Source: Hormiphora californensis
Taxonomy: Eukaryota > Animalia > Ctenophora
Assembly (NCBI GenBank): GCA_020137815.1
Contig: CM035353.1
Coordinates: 5,704,001 to 5,768,000, forward strand
DNA: 64,000 bases
Direction: 5' to 3'
Numbering within the stretch: the stretch's first letter is position 1; the number at the start of each line of letters is the position of its first letter. Below the pieces are notes generated by a model. It was not told where the DNA came from. It made no database searches and saw only the letters and a list, made by a program, of their open reading frames with translations. Both the position numbers and the translations under genes were made by a program. This document shows, piece by piece, positions 45,901 through 59,613 of this stretch.

Positions 45901-47976
45901 GGATTACACGGTGGTAGAATGTTGATTATTCACTAGCTCACTGACAATGATTATAAGTGTAGACCATACCTGACAGTGCCCAAAATTACAAATGCTTGTT
46001 AAATTATAGGGGCGATGATGATGCTATACCTGACATGTTGTCCAGTCGTTCCCGGGTCTCCAAAACATCCCTTTTCAGGGCGTCAATGATCTTCTGTTTT
46101 TCCATTAACTTCTCACTACCATCAACCTCCCTATTAGTAAACTGGTGTATGGTGTTCTTTAACTGTTCCACCTCAAACGATTTCTCTCTGTTCTTTCTCT
46201 TCAACTCATCCACTGTATCCTCAAACTGTTGACGAAGACCGGTCACCTGGTCTTCTTTCGACTCGACATCTCTCTTTAGCCGCTCTAGCAGCCCAAGGTT
46301 TTTTGTCTGGGATTCGATCAGCTTTTCCTTCTCTGAAAATCAGGGTTGTTTGAAAAATAGGCTGTTTGAAATTGTTTGAAATATGAACCGTCATGTTTTT
46401 TACCGTCCACAAAATTGCGGGTCAAACAACAAGGCGAAGCTGGGTGAAGTGACACAACCTACCTGACACAGACTTGATCTTGTAGTCGAAAAACTGTTTC
46501 TCTAGCTCATTTCTTTCATTTGTTAGTCGATCAGCCTCTTCAGTTTGACTTGTCATCAGCATATCCAGCTTATCCTACAAAATGACAACGTAGCCAGCAA
46601 TAATTCTCAACTAGAATTGAAGATATAACCCAAAGATTTGAATCGATTTTAGTGTGGACACACAGTGTTAGACCAATGATATAAACTATCCATAAAGATC
46701 AGTACCTGTAAGGTATCCCGTTCAGTCTGAAGGACTTTCAGATTCCCCTCATGTTCTTCACACATGATAGAACCCTCCTCAGAGAGCCGCTCTAGGGACT
46801 TGTTCAGGGTTTCCTCCGCCATCTTCTTGTCAGACCGGGCCTTCTCGTACTCAGACTGCAACATGGAGGAGAAACTTAGACTAGATGGGGTCAACACACG
46901 ACGTTGAGCTACTTTCTAAACACTATCTGTTTGCAGGTGACCTGCCTACATTTTGATCATTTAGTATCGAAAGTAAGTGTGTATTTACCTTGAGCTTGAC
47001 AAACAAACTGAACCGTTTCTGCATTTCCTGCCTCTCCAGCTCCTGTGAGTCAAGTACCCGCTCTAACTCTTGTTCCAAATCCACCGTCGATTCCTCTTGC
47101 TCCTGTAACTGATTCCTCTGAAAATAATATATCATTTGGAACGTGATATTTTGGTAAAAAATATTGTGATTCGGCCGCTCTGCTTTCTTGTACATCGAAA
47201 TTGCAAACACCACTGAACACGCGAGGGCTAGTACATAGCTATAAAAAAACGGTTTTATTCAGTACCCACCGCAGCCATCAGTTCCTCGTGTAAACGATTC
47301 ATTTCGCTGAAAGTTTCCACCTCTAGTAACCGCTTCTCCTCTCTTAACTGCCCAATTCGGCTGACCACTGCACTCGTCAGAGCAGGTAGGGTGTCATCGT
47401 CAAGCTTAAGAGTATGGCATAACTGAAACAGAGAGATTTTTTAGAGCTGAGAACCTTTTAAGTGAGAAGAAAGAGCAATACGAAATAAGTTAGGGGTGAT
47501 TCCATTATGGTAGATACCATGAAACTTACAGCTTTAAGAAGGATTGGGGACATAAAAGTTGAAATAAGGCAGTTTTACACAAAATATGGTTCATAAAAAG
47601 CAACAAAAGGGGAAGGGTACAACTAGGAATTGAATACCATCGATCTTTAAATTTATGTAAACAACGGATTGACTTCAAGGCCACGGTAAAGTATTGAATA
47701 TGAGGCGGGATGCGAACTAAAGTAGACTACAGGACTTGTTTTTAAAAGCCAAGTTTAGTCCTCAAACATAATCTGCGAATCATTAGCCCTATGATAATGT
47801 TAGGCTAGCAGATAAAATATATATGCCACTCTCGGGTACAAGATCTACTGCTGCACTAGAGGACGCGAATCCCAGGGAATCGATAGCTATGGCAACGTAG
47901 GGATTGAATCTAATCACCGGCCCCAAGAGACCCAACTACCATATTTCTCCCCTTTCTCTCACTATCTCGTCCTCTA

Positions 47977-48012
<36 letters not shown>

Positions 48013-48015
48013 TCT

Positions 48016-48077
<62 letters not shown>

Positions 48078-48083
48078 TCCCCC

Positions 48084-48146
<63 letters not shown>

Positions 48147-51100
48147 CTCTCTCCCCTCTCTCTCTCTTTCCCTCTCACCACATCACCAAGGTAGCAGTCA
48201 GTTACTGCACATTGCAATATTAACAGCCGCTAGAAATAAGGGGTTCTAGTATTTCAAAAGTCACCAAGAATAATGACTCAACTGACTTTTTACCCGAAGA
48301 ATAAACTGCCTAAAATACCGACCTCAGATTTCTAAAAACCACCATGTCAACTGCAATGGAGTATGAACCAAAATGCAGGAAGACTTCGTACAAAGATGCC
48401 ACCTGCAGCCTTACAGAGGCACCTCTAACACAATCTGTGCTCGTTTCGAAAAGGGCAAGTCTCTGATGGAATCATATGGCACTCCATCAAGATGACAGAG
48501 AGATATATAAAAGAAGCTAAAAACATATGAAACTTCGACAATAAATGTTACCTTTTCTGAGAGTGTCTTGATTTGGTCAATTAGCTCCTCTTGACCTCCT
48601 TCTCCTGATACCAACTGAGAGGAATATAATTGAAGCGGTTAAAATTTGAAAGATGAATTATCAATGATCATCAAAAATGCAGACAATTTTTGCAAAGTAT
48701 AAAATTCATTGTTCATTACAGTGCTTAGTTGACCAAATGGTAATCTGAAAGTATACCTGGAGAATGTCCGTTTGGGCGTGTGCGTCAGCCCAAGTTAGGA
48801 TGAGAGGGCTCATGGTGTCACATTGCCTGTCGCACAGACCAGGCCTGATGCTACTGTTGATAATGGGACTGAGATACTGCAGAGATCCCTCATTTGAACA
48901 GTTGCTGCTGTCACCTCCCCCATTATAACTTCGGGGGCTTGGAGTGGAACTGCAGAGTCATGAAGTGAGAACGGAGATACAAATTGGTAATGGATTGGGA
49001 ATATTTTATCTTTTTTCTCGGAATACACAATACAATAACCCGAACTGAATGAGCTATACCATGCCGCTACTTACGCACGAATCGGTGAGTTACGGGATTT
49101 TAGTTCCATTTCAAGTCTCTCGGACAGCTCTTTGCTAATGAGCAACTCCTCTTTCAAGGCTGTAGAAAAATTTGTTACAAATTAGAGACCAGACAAAAAC
49201 TAGCAAAATTAATCAAGATACTTTGAAATAAAATTACCTAAAAAAAGTATGTACTTGTAAAGGGTCTCATTAAATTGATCTACCTCTGTATTTTTCCAAA
49301 AGGGTTTGGTAGTGTTTCTCACGTTGCTCTGTCACCACCTCGGCTTCAATGTAAGCCTGCACCTGGCTTATGAGCGCCTTCTCCCGGTTTTCAGCTTTCG
49401 CTAGCTTCTTTTGAAGTTCACCTGATTACGAAAAAGACACCGTTAGATATATCGCACTGAAGTATATTGCACTTTCAATGACATGTGTTTGAAAATTAAA
49501 ATATGAAATGTCAACATGTCTTACCAGTTGTTTTAAGTTGATACTGAAGTGCCATTTCCAGTTCTTTCTCCGACTTCTGACTGTCACTCAACTCATTGCT
49601 AAGTTGCTTGTTTCTCACTCTGAGGATCTCAACAGCTGGCTGATTTGCCTGCACGTCATCAGTTTGGATTGAAACTGAGGAGCTGTAGGCTGAGTCTGTA
49701 CCGGCGAAGAACAAGGAATTATCCGTCTGAACTACAATATCACTAGTGGAACTTTTCCTGGGTGAGTTGGTGACCGGAGGGGCAGGTGATCGTCGGGCTG
49801 GGCTGGTAGGCCGAGATCCCAAAGTAGTGATCCGAGCGTAGCAGTTGCTGCATAGATTCTCCTTATACTGACTCACAAACATGTGAAGTAGATCTCGAGC
49901 TGGGTCAGATGGGATGACCATGAAACACTTATATCGGAGATCATGAAGTCGAGTCAGGGTGCCCTGAGTGACTGGAGTTTGTTTCAATTTCGCAACTTGA
50001 GCGTTCTCCAACTCTCGCTTCAACTCGAGGAGGCTATCCTCGGTAGCTGCCTCACGCTCTATCATTTCCATCTCCATTTTCCTTTTCTCACTGAGTTCTC
50101 GAGCTAACAACTCCTTTACTTTCCTAACCTCATCGCTCTGCTCCCTTGAGATCTCATCTTTTTCTGCGAGAAGTTTCTCCAGCTGCCTGCTCAGTTTTGT
50201 GTTTGCCTTGGCAAGGGCCTTCACAGAGCTCTCCGTTTCTTGGAGTGCTTCTCCCAGGTCCAAGGAGCGGCGGATAGGACGGGGTAGAGTGCTGACACCA
50301 TCCTCATCGTCATCACTAGACAAAACATGGGCATAGGACTGTTCTAAGAGGCGACGCCGGAGTTCACTGTTCAACCTGTCAATTGTCTCCTTATTGGACT
50401 CACCTGCCTGTTTGAACAGCCTCGTCTCTTCTTCTCGAACATCCAGTTGTTTTTGGGTTTCCACGAGAGTGGTTTGTAGCCTCTCTTTTTCTCCAAGGAG
50501 AGAGACGACCGCCTCCTGAGCTGTCTGGCGTTCCAATTTCTCCAGATTTAAAGAGTCCTCGATTTTTAGGAATTCCCTTTCCTTGTCCTCAATCACTGCA
50601 TCGATCTCTGTTATTGTTTCTCGCTGGATTTGTAGCTCTGTTTTCAGTGTCTTGTTTTGAGTCTCCAGTTGTTCCTGTGATTTTTCAAGCAGTTCAATCT
50701 TCGTCCCGAGCTCAGAGGAAAGTGATTTGGCAGCCTGTTTTTCCTTATCTAGTTCCTGTCGTGCATCAGTTAGGGAACTCTCCAGTGTGCATTTGTCATC
50801 AAGAAGTGAATTGATCTGCTCGTCTGCTGCTTGACGGTCTATCTTTTCCTGGCTTAACTTGCCCGCAATCTTCTGGATCTCGTCACTTAGGGCTTTGTTG
50901 GTACTCTCAAGCTCTATCTTATCCTTTTCGAGAGATTCAACTTGGCTCTCTAGAACTTCTACGGAGGATTTCATCCGATCTACAGCTCCTGATAACTCTT
51001 TTCTGACCCCACACAACTCCTCGAGAGTCTCTGACGACTGCTTTGATAGATCTTCCAGCCGCTTTTCCATCGCCTCTATTCCCTTGACAGTCAACTCTGT

Positions 51101-54100
51101 TGATGTCTCTGTAGCTGCAATGGGGGCGGTAACTTGGGTATCAGTATCTTTACAGACCACTGCCTGGAGATCCGATTGGCAGGTTGTATCAGCAATCTCG
51201 GGTACCTCCTGACAACCAACCTCGGACACTTCTCTGTTCACCCGACTTTCCAATTTATCAGCCCTCTCCATCTCCTCACTTAGGACCCTCTCAAGGGCGG
51301 TAATAGTGCTCTCTTTCTCATCTAGATCTCGCTGAATTTCCTCATTTTCAGCAAGCTTCTCATCCAAGGTTTTTATCAGCTCACTATTTCCCTGCTCCAT
51401 ATCCTCCAAAACTGTCTGAATGCTTTGAATGGCAACCTGAAGATCAGCCTCCCCGGCTGCCTCCCTGAGCATCTCCAACTCAGCGATATCCTCCTCCCGT
51501 TCTTCTTCTAACCGGGCTATCCTGTTTTTTATATCCTTCACCTCACCTTGAGATGTAGCCATGACAACCTTTGCTTTTCGCACCTCTTTCTGCATTTCAG
51601 TCATCAGATTCCGGTTGTTCACATTCATCAACTGTTCCTTTTTCACCTTTTCATCGCACTGCTGCTGAACAATTGTGATCCTTCCTTCCACTTCCACTTG
51701 AGCCGTTATTGCCTTTTGTTTCTCCTTCATCGCATCCCGGACTTCAGCCTGCATCTCATTCATTAGGTCCCGGTTCTTGTCATTCATCTCTTGCTCCTTC
51801 TCCACATCTTGCTTCAACTCATTGATGAGGGTTTGTAATTCTGTGTTTTGGGCGGACAATGTGGCCGAATTTTCAGCCAAGGACAACTGTTGGGCTTCTT
51901 CAAAGTATTTTAGCTTGTCTTGTGCTTCCAGAAGGGCAGCCTCATGCTCAGTTTTCTCCTTGTTTAGCTGTTTCACAATGGATTCCAACTCAGCTGTCAA
52001 CTGCTCTGCCTGAGCTTCTAGGGTAGAACTGTGCTCAGCTAGATTCTTGTTCTCAGCCTCAAGACCTGTTATTTCTTCGACCGCTTGAATCCTAGCTTTC
52101 TCCAACTCTTCAAGCTTCTCCTTTAGCTCGATTGTATCCCCATCAGATTCCTCCATCTTTCTCATCATGATATTTAGTTCTTTTTCCTTTTCAGAAACTG
52201 AAAACTCAGCAGCTTCCTTTCCTTTCTCGAGCTCCTGGATTTTAGCTGCCGAATCAGCGTAGTCTCGGCTGACAGCATTGAACTCGTCCTGGAGTTTACT
52301 TAACTTGCTGACGGCTTCATCATTTTCACTCTTCTTCGCCTGGTCTTCAGTGAGTTTCAATAACTGCTCCTTCAGTTCTACAACCTTATCCAGAAGTTTG
52401 TGATTTTCATCATTCAACTCTCTAACCTGAATCTCTAGTTCAGCTTTCTCAAATGTTAGTGCTTCTTCCTTCAATTTCACTTCGGACAGCTCAATTTGAG
52501 CTTTGTCAATCTGCTCAAAACTATCATTCAGACTACTTTGATGATCAGTCTCAGATTTATCTACCATTGCTCTAAGTTCATCAATCATTCTTTGGGCTTC
52601 ATCCAGCTCAGACTGGCGATTCCTTAACATGTCCTCGAACTCGGAACACCTATCGAGCAGCTCATCTCTCTCCTCTCCTTGTTCTCGTTGACTGAGTTCA
52701 ATCTTCAACCGATCATTTTCCTCCTCCAGGTGCTCTATCCATATTTTCTCCTTGGCCAGCTCCTCCTCGTATCTACAGAGCTTGTCTCTTCAAGGCAGCG
52801 GCCTCTTCGTCCGACAGACCCGATCCTCCCTCGTAAAGGGATTCCTCCAGGCATTCTCGGATGACTGGTAGGTGACTTCCGTAGCCCGTATTGTGCTCCA
52901 TGTCATGGAACTGCTCCTCTAACAACTTGTACGCAACAACCACATTCTCCCATTTTGTCTCCATGTTCGAGCTGTACAGCTTCTCTCGTTCGTTCTCCTT
53001 TTTCATTCGCTTGTACTCCTCCGAGAGGAATTCATTTTCCAGTTTTAGGTTGTCGTTTTCCACTACCACCTCGTTGAATTGTTCCACGGCCTGAAATGAA
53101 AACATTTCAATATTAGAAAGAAAAATCATAATCTGATTTGACCATCTTGATTGAAGCCAGAAGAAACTATCATTTCTACAGACTATTATTATGCTACATG
53201 AGCTAGTGCAACAGGCAACTAAAAAACATGTAATGAACATACTTCATCCTGCATGGGAGTGTAATCAACAGAGATATATCTCTCTCGTGGATCCAGTGCC
53301 ATAAGTTCAGCCGATTCATTGAAGGTGGAACCAAACTGGGGACCACTCTCCCCGCTATCAAGACGGGAAAATGATGATTCCAATTCGGCTTTCAGGGCAT
53401 CTCTCTCTTCACAGTGAGACCTATTGGCATCCTCCAACACCCTGATCTTTTCCTGCATGGAGCCGGGATTATTATTTACAAGATATCAGGACTCGAGAGT
53501 TCAAGCATGATCATCTTTTATTTATGTAGCTAATATTGTAATTTGTAGTAATAGTCATAGAGATTTTATTTTATCTAATAAGAGCGGTCATTGCAATTGG
53601 CGTGAACGGCCCGGTGTTGCGTGTAAACCTGTTTAGACTCGTTCATATTTTCCAGGCTGGAGTTGCGGCACTTCAACCGATTTATGTAATCGTTCAGCTC
53701 CTTAATGATGTCATCCTTCCCTGTCCCGTCAATATCACCACCTGTTCATAAAATGCAGGATGATTGATTCAGCCTCTGTTTAAAATTAACTTTTATACTG
53801 AGAACGAACAAGCAGTGAAGTAAAAATTGTACGTCAGACAGTTTTAATTTTCTAGGAATCCCCATCCCCCCCCTCCCGGGCCGTAACACGTGGTGGTACC
53901 TGGTCTTAGTATGGCAGAAACCCGCCTCGAGATATTCTTCTGCTCCTCCATTTGGATCTGGCATTCCTCCAACTTTGCCCGTACCATCTCCAACTGAAGA
54001 AGAGGTAATTAGTATTGGTGATCAATCATCATGGTCATATCCTACAATAACTGGTAAAATGAGTAACCATATTGGTAACATGCAATGAACCAGTGCGTTG

Positions 54101-57100
54101 CTAATATAACACTGACATCGTACCTCTTCCACCAGGATTTCGTTTTTCCGCTCCAATTCCTCTTTTTGCTTTCCCAACTTGGAGACCCTGTTCTTGTGAA
54201 TCCATAGCTGAGAGTGCATTCGGAGACTCTGCAGTGAGTTACCCTCCCATTTTTTACGTTCGTCATCTAGCTCCCGTACCTGCAGATGCATGAAAATTGG
54301 ATTCTGCGGAACAATTGATTTCCCCGGGGAGGGGGGGGACTTTGTTGTACCTTTTGATGGAGTTCATCCTCTAGATCGGACACCATGTTGTTGTTCGCAA
54401 TACTGGCATTGTGGTTCAATAGAATCTGAGAGAGGAGATGACAACAGATATAAACGGAAAGAAGAGATTAAAAAAGATAAACGGAGAGGAGATAAATCAA
54501 TGGAGAGAGTAGAACACAAGCACTGAAAGAGATTACTTATCAGTGGCCGATGTTTTTGCTTACCAGCTTTTCTCGTTCCTCCCCCAAAGACTGTATTTTG
54601 TTTTCCCGCATCATTATTTCTTCCTTGGCCATCCTCAAATCGTCTTGAAGATCCTTGGATAAGAAAATATCAAATAAGTACCAATGAATTTCCAATCACC
54701 TACTGGTGTTTCTAATATATACCTGAATCAGAGCCCGGTTACGCTTGGTATCATCAAACTTCTGTTGTAGCATTTCCTTCTGGCTCTTTACCACTTTCTC
54801 TAGTTCATCGACCTTTTCCCTTGCTGGGGAGTCCTTATGACGAGCTAATGCCCTTCCCATTTCAATATTGGATGCTTCCAGAGAGTTGACTTTCTGGGAT
54901 GGTTCAACATTATTCAAATATATAAACTTTAAATGTTTAGTAAAGAATTTAAACGCATCAAGTAAGTCCGCTACAATTCCCTTTTTATTGAGTACAGTAG
55001 TCAGTGCATAATGCATATGCTTTATGTTAGGTTACATACCATCTGATAGTTGAAAAGTGTTTTAACCAGATCGTTCAAGTTATCATCGGGGTATAACATG
55101 ACATCAGGGTGCGGGGGCTTCGTTTTACCGGTACAATACTCCGCGATCACTTGGACAAATGAGGCATTCGTATCTCGAAATGATCTGAGAATATAGAACT
55201 CATGATTTTAACGTTTTTACTCTTTCTCTCTCTCCATCTATCGGTCTATCTTTACTATGACATGTTTCTCCCGTGAGCCCAAATCAATATCTACGCGAGT
55301 CTACTATTACCTATAGTAACTTATATTGTAACAAGTTTATTTCAAGTCCTGTGTAACTTACTGTAACTCTTTGACCTCCTCAGTTATTAGTGCTAGTTGT
55401 TTCTGAAGAGTTCCAACCTGCTCCTCTCGCTCCCAATACTCCTGTTCTAGCAAACTACAATGGGTGAAGGCCGGGTAGTTAATATTTCAGCTGACATATA
55501 CTATATATCCAAGCTATTATAATACATGAACAACATCTTGCCCGGTATATCCACCATTGAGTTTCAAACAAAACTAAATATTACATATGTACCTGTATTC
55601 TTCAGCACGTTTCTTCAGTTTCAATTCCACGTCCTCATCCAGCTCAAGGCTGTGAACACTGTTCGATCGACCTGCAAAACACTTGTCATAATACATGACT
55701 GTAATGTCCCGCAGTCTATTGTCAGACAACAAAACTCGGAGTATTTCAGAGATTTTCAGGGCAGAGAGTGGTGTGATTAAGAGATCATAATATAGTATAT
55801 CTCTCAATCACAACACTCTCAATCATATCTCAGATATATACTCACCTTCTGAGACAATTGCTCTGTAGAAAAAGGGATCATTTCGAGCCTTTTCAACAAA
55901 CATATGCTTCAGAAACTCTGGGTCATCAAGTCTTATCTGAGCAACGGGGGGAAATATGTTATTGTATTGCTAGTCAGTACTGAATTTGTTCTAATTATTA
56001 ATACCTTTATTTCTGACACCATGCTCTCTTTCTCATGCCTAGATTCCTCTATTTCTAGTTGACTGTCCTCCAATTCTTCCTCCTTTGACTGCAGCCTACT
56101 CTCCAAATTCCTAAAAACAAGATCGTTTTACATAATACTTCTGGGATTTTGATAACAACCCACGTGTTGTTATGTTCGTTATTGTGCGGGACGTGCAAAA
56201 CACAGTCTAGCTAGGCAACCCACGTGATATCTTTCTCCATTTCCTCTTTGTCCTGATTTGCTTTGGTTAGTTCGTTAGTCAGCTGTGTTATCAGTTGATC
56301 TTTGTCTATATCCCGTGGCAAGGTCGCCGGCCCTGAAATGTTTGAGGTAGACAAAACACAATTACTGGACCTGCACCGTATGCCGAGATCAGTGTTCGGT
56401 CGTCAGTGAGGGCAGGGCAGCTCTTTAAAGGGCAAAGTAATTATCAAATACCTTTTAGGCTAGACCTTCGTTTGCTGGTGTTAGAAAGGCGACGTTTAAA
56501 CATATTGGTGGAGGAGTAAAGCACATGACTTAAAGCACAAGCACTTTATAATGAACTTGGTTAATGAACCAGAACAAAAAGAAAGAAGGACGGGTGTAAC
56601 AAGTAAAATGCACATACGCAGCATTCCCATAGCATTTAGACTTGTGAAGCGATTGTCTCAGAGGAACAGAGAGAGCGAGGAAGAGAGAAAAAGAGAGAGA
56701 GAGAGAGAACTATAAGCTGTCCCGCAAGGATTATAACATGAAAATCGAATTTAATATTATTTTATAGCGGGACTATGTAGCTGTAGACTGTTATAGTGGT
56801 TGTATGCCTCTGGCCACGTGTGGGCGATTTACTTTTAGAGGCATGACTACCATGAAAAGGTACCCAAATTTTGGTGGGTCACAAGTACTAAGAAAGCAGC
56901 TTCATCAAAAAGAGGGCAACCAAAATGTAGGTCATTCTACTTTTCGTTAGTTAACCTTCAAGCTGTAGAGACAATGAAGAAGAGCGGCAGTTAGAGTTTA
57001 TAGAATCTGAGCCCTTGACAATGAGAAGGGCGGCAGTTAGAGTTTATAGAATCTGAGCCCTTGACAATGAGAAGGGCGGCAGTTAGAGTTTATAGAATCT

Positions 57101-59546
57101 GAGCCCTTGACAACTGAGAAGGGCGGCAGTTATAGTTTATAGAATCTGAGCCCTTGACAATGAGAAGGGCGGCAGTTAGAGTTTATAGAATCTGAGCCCT
57201 TGACAACTGAGTGAAATTAATAACGTCAGTTCTGCCTGGGTGAACCCCTAATGAGACAAAAAGACAGCTTTGTAATGGAACACCTACACAGTCATCACAA
57301 CCTCTTTGCTCTATGATGCTTTTTCTCATTAACTCTGATCTAGTTCCCAGCTTGGCCAATTAAATTACACCATATTTGCCTAGACCTCCTAGCTAGACCC
57401 CTTTGAACAAAACAAACACCATACTATTGTCCTATCATTTCAACCCACCTTGAATGGTGGACACCCGTGAAGCACGACGGTACAGCTTCACTTGTTCGCT
57501 CGTTGCCTTCGCTTTGGTAGTGCCTACTGTGTTCCGTAATATCTTTTCCAGATCTCTCTTATCCTCATTCACTGTACTTAGCTGCACGGAGATATATATT
57601 AATTGTTTCAACCAAGAATATATATAGAGCAAGTTAATCTATTAAACCGAAACTACATAGATAAGTGAGCAAAGAATAGTCTACAAATCATAAAAAAGAG
57701 ACTCAGCACTGTGCATTTTCGAAGAGTATTTGCTATCACATGCACAGCCCTGTCCCATATAGGTTACAGTAAGCTTCATATCGCGTTACTGCATTTCTTA
57801 ACTACAAAATCAGAAACGTTAACTCTTTTCTACGATATTATTGCTCTAACTCAGTATGGTAACTGGGTGGCTGTCTTGAATTGTTCATACTTTCGGAGCA
57901 CGGAAACAGTGTCGAGCGACTCAATGGCTGACCCCTTCAGGTTTATTTTCATGCGGGGCGACATCAATCCCTGTTCCCTGCTAGTCCCGCCTGTTCCCTG
58001 CTAGTCCCCCTGTAATTGTCCCCCCCTGTTCCCCCGCATGTTGTTACCTTTGACTCCAACTCCTTCATGTCCAGGGAGCGTTCCCGTAACATTCCATCAT
58101 AGTAATCAACCATCGTATCATACTTCTTGGTCTGTGTTTCCATCTGGTTGTCCAGCTCAACTTGGAGACGTTCTATACTCTCTGTCAGAATGGGAGGTGG
58201 TGGGAGGTAAAGGGTAAACTTTGAGTCGCTCTATACTCTCTGTTAGAATGGGGGTTGGTGGGTGGTGGGCAGGTAATACATGGTCTTGACTGGAGAAAAT
58301 GGAGATAGGCAAGAGGTTTTAGAATTGCTTATACTTGTCAGGCGACTCAAACAGGTTTATGGAAAATCTCTGTGACAACGAGAAGAACTAAAATTTATGA
58401 CATGTACCTCTGTGACCGGAGCAATCTTCGCACTCCCTTTCGGCCCGCATCATTGCTTTATATCCCTCCAACTCGTGTGCTAACGCTGCCACCTTCTCGT
58501 CCAGACTAGCTATCATATTGTCTTTCTCCTCAGAGGTAATACACCCCGAAACCTAGGAGAACATTTTGTGGAGAGGAAGTTTTGTGGAGAGGAAGTTTTA
58601 GCTGATTTAGTTAGCCAGAGGAGTGATCAATTATCCGACGTTTGGAGGAGTTTAGCAAACCTGTTCCTCGACACTCAGTTGCCGGGTAAGTCCTCCCCTT
58701 TTACTTGACCCCCTCAGTTTCTCCTTAAGCTCTTCCTTCTCCCTTTCCAGGACACGTACTTCTTCACCTCCGTGCTGCACCTGATGGGTTGTATCCCGAT
58801 TTTAAAGACAAACTAACATAGTTTCAAAATTACATTTAAAAGTGATTATTCAAACCATTAATATTTCATTCCAGGGAAGACGAAACTTCTAAGTTACCTT
58901 TGCCTCAAGCACGTTGATTTCCGCTCGGAGATTTTCGAAAGTTATTGTGTTTTCCATGAGTTTCTCGATGTGTTCCTCCGTGTTTTTAACAAGTCTGTCA
59001 TTCTCACGGGACAATGCCTCATTTTGCGTTTTCAAACACTCAAACTCGCATCGTGGTACGGAATCCCTGGATTTACAATAATTGTCATACTTTTACAGTG
59101 CCATGGCAAGTAATTATTAAGCTTTTGATGCGATATAAAGTCAATCTAGATCGTAGCTCAAAATAAAGATAATGTTATAATTACTAACCGGCCCTCATTC
59201 GACATGTGGGGTAGATCTGGGCCGGATTGGGCATGCAAACTGGTTGACGCTTTCAACAACCTTTCTAGGATCTGAGAAACAAGTTGGGTTACTAATAACA
59301 ACAAGTTGGGTTACTATAACAACAAGTTGGGTTACACATGGTTGCTTCAATAGAAAGTTCTACAACAAATGATACGGATACAAATTACAATGTAACAATA
59401 ATTTTCAAATTAGGAACAATCATGGTTCAGGGATTGGTTGTAGCACTATTAGAGCAGGGGCTACCTCACTCGTCCCAGTGTGCTCACAATTATCCAACAT
59501 GATACACCCTAGCGTCTCTTTCTTTCTCTCTCTTTCTTTTTCTTTC

Positions 59547-59613
<67 letters not shown>

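Noticed and set aside
50614-53094. Several + strand ORFs
   Set aside because: Antisense shadows of the large coiled-coil exon.
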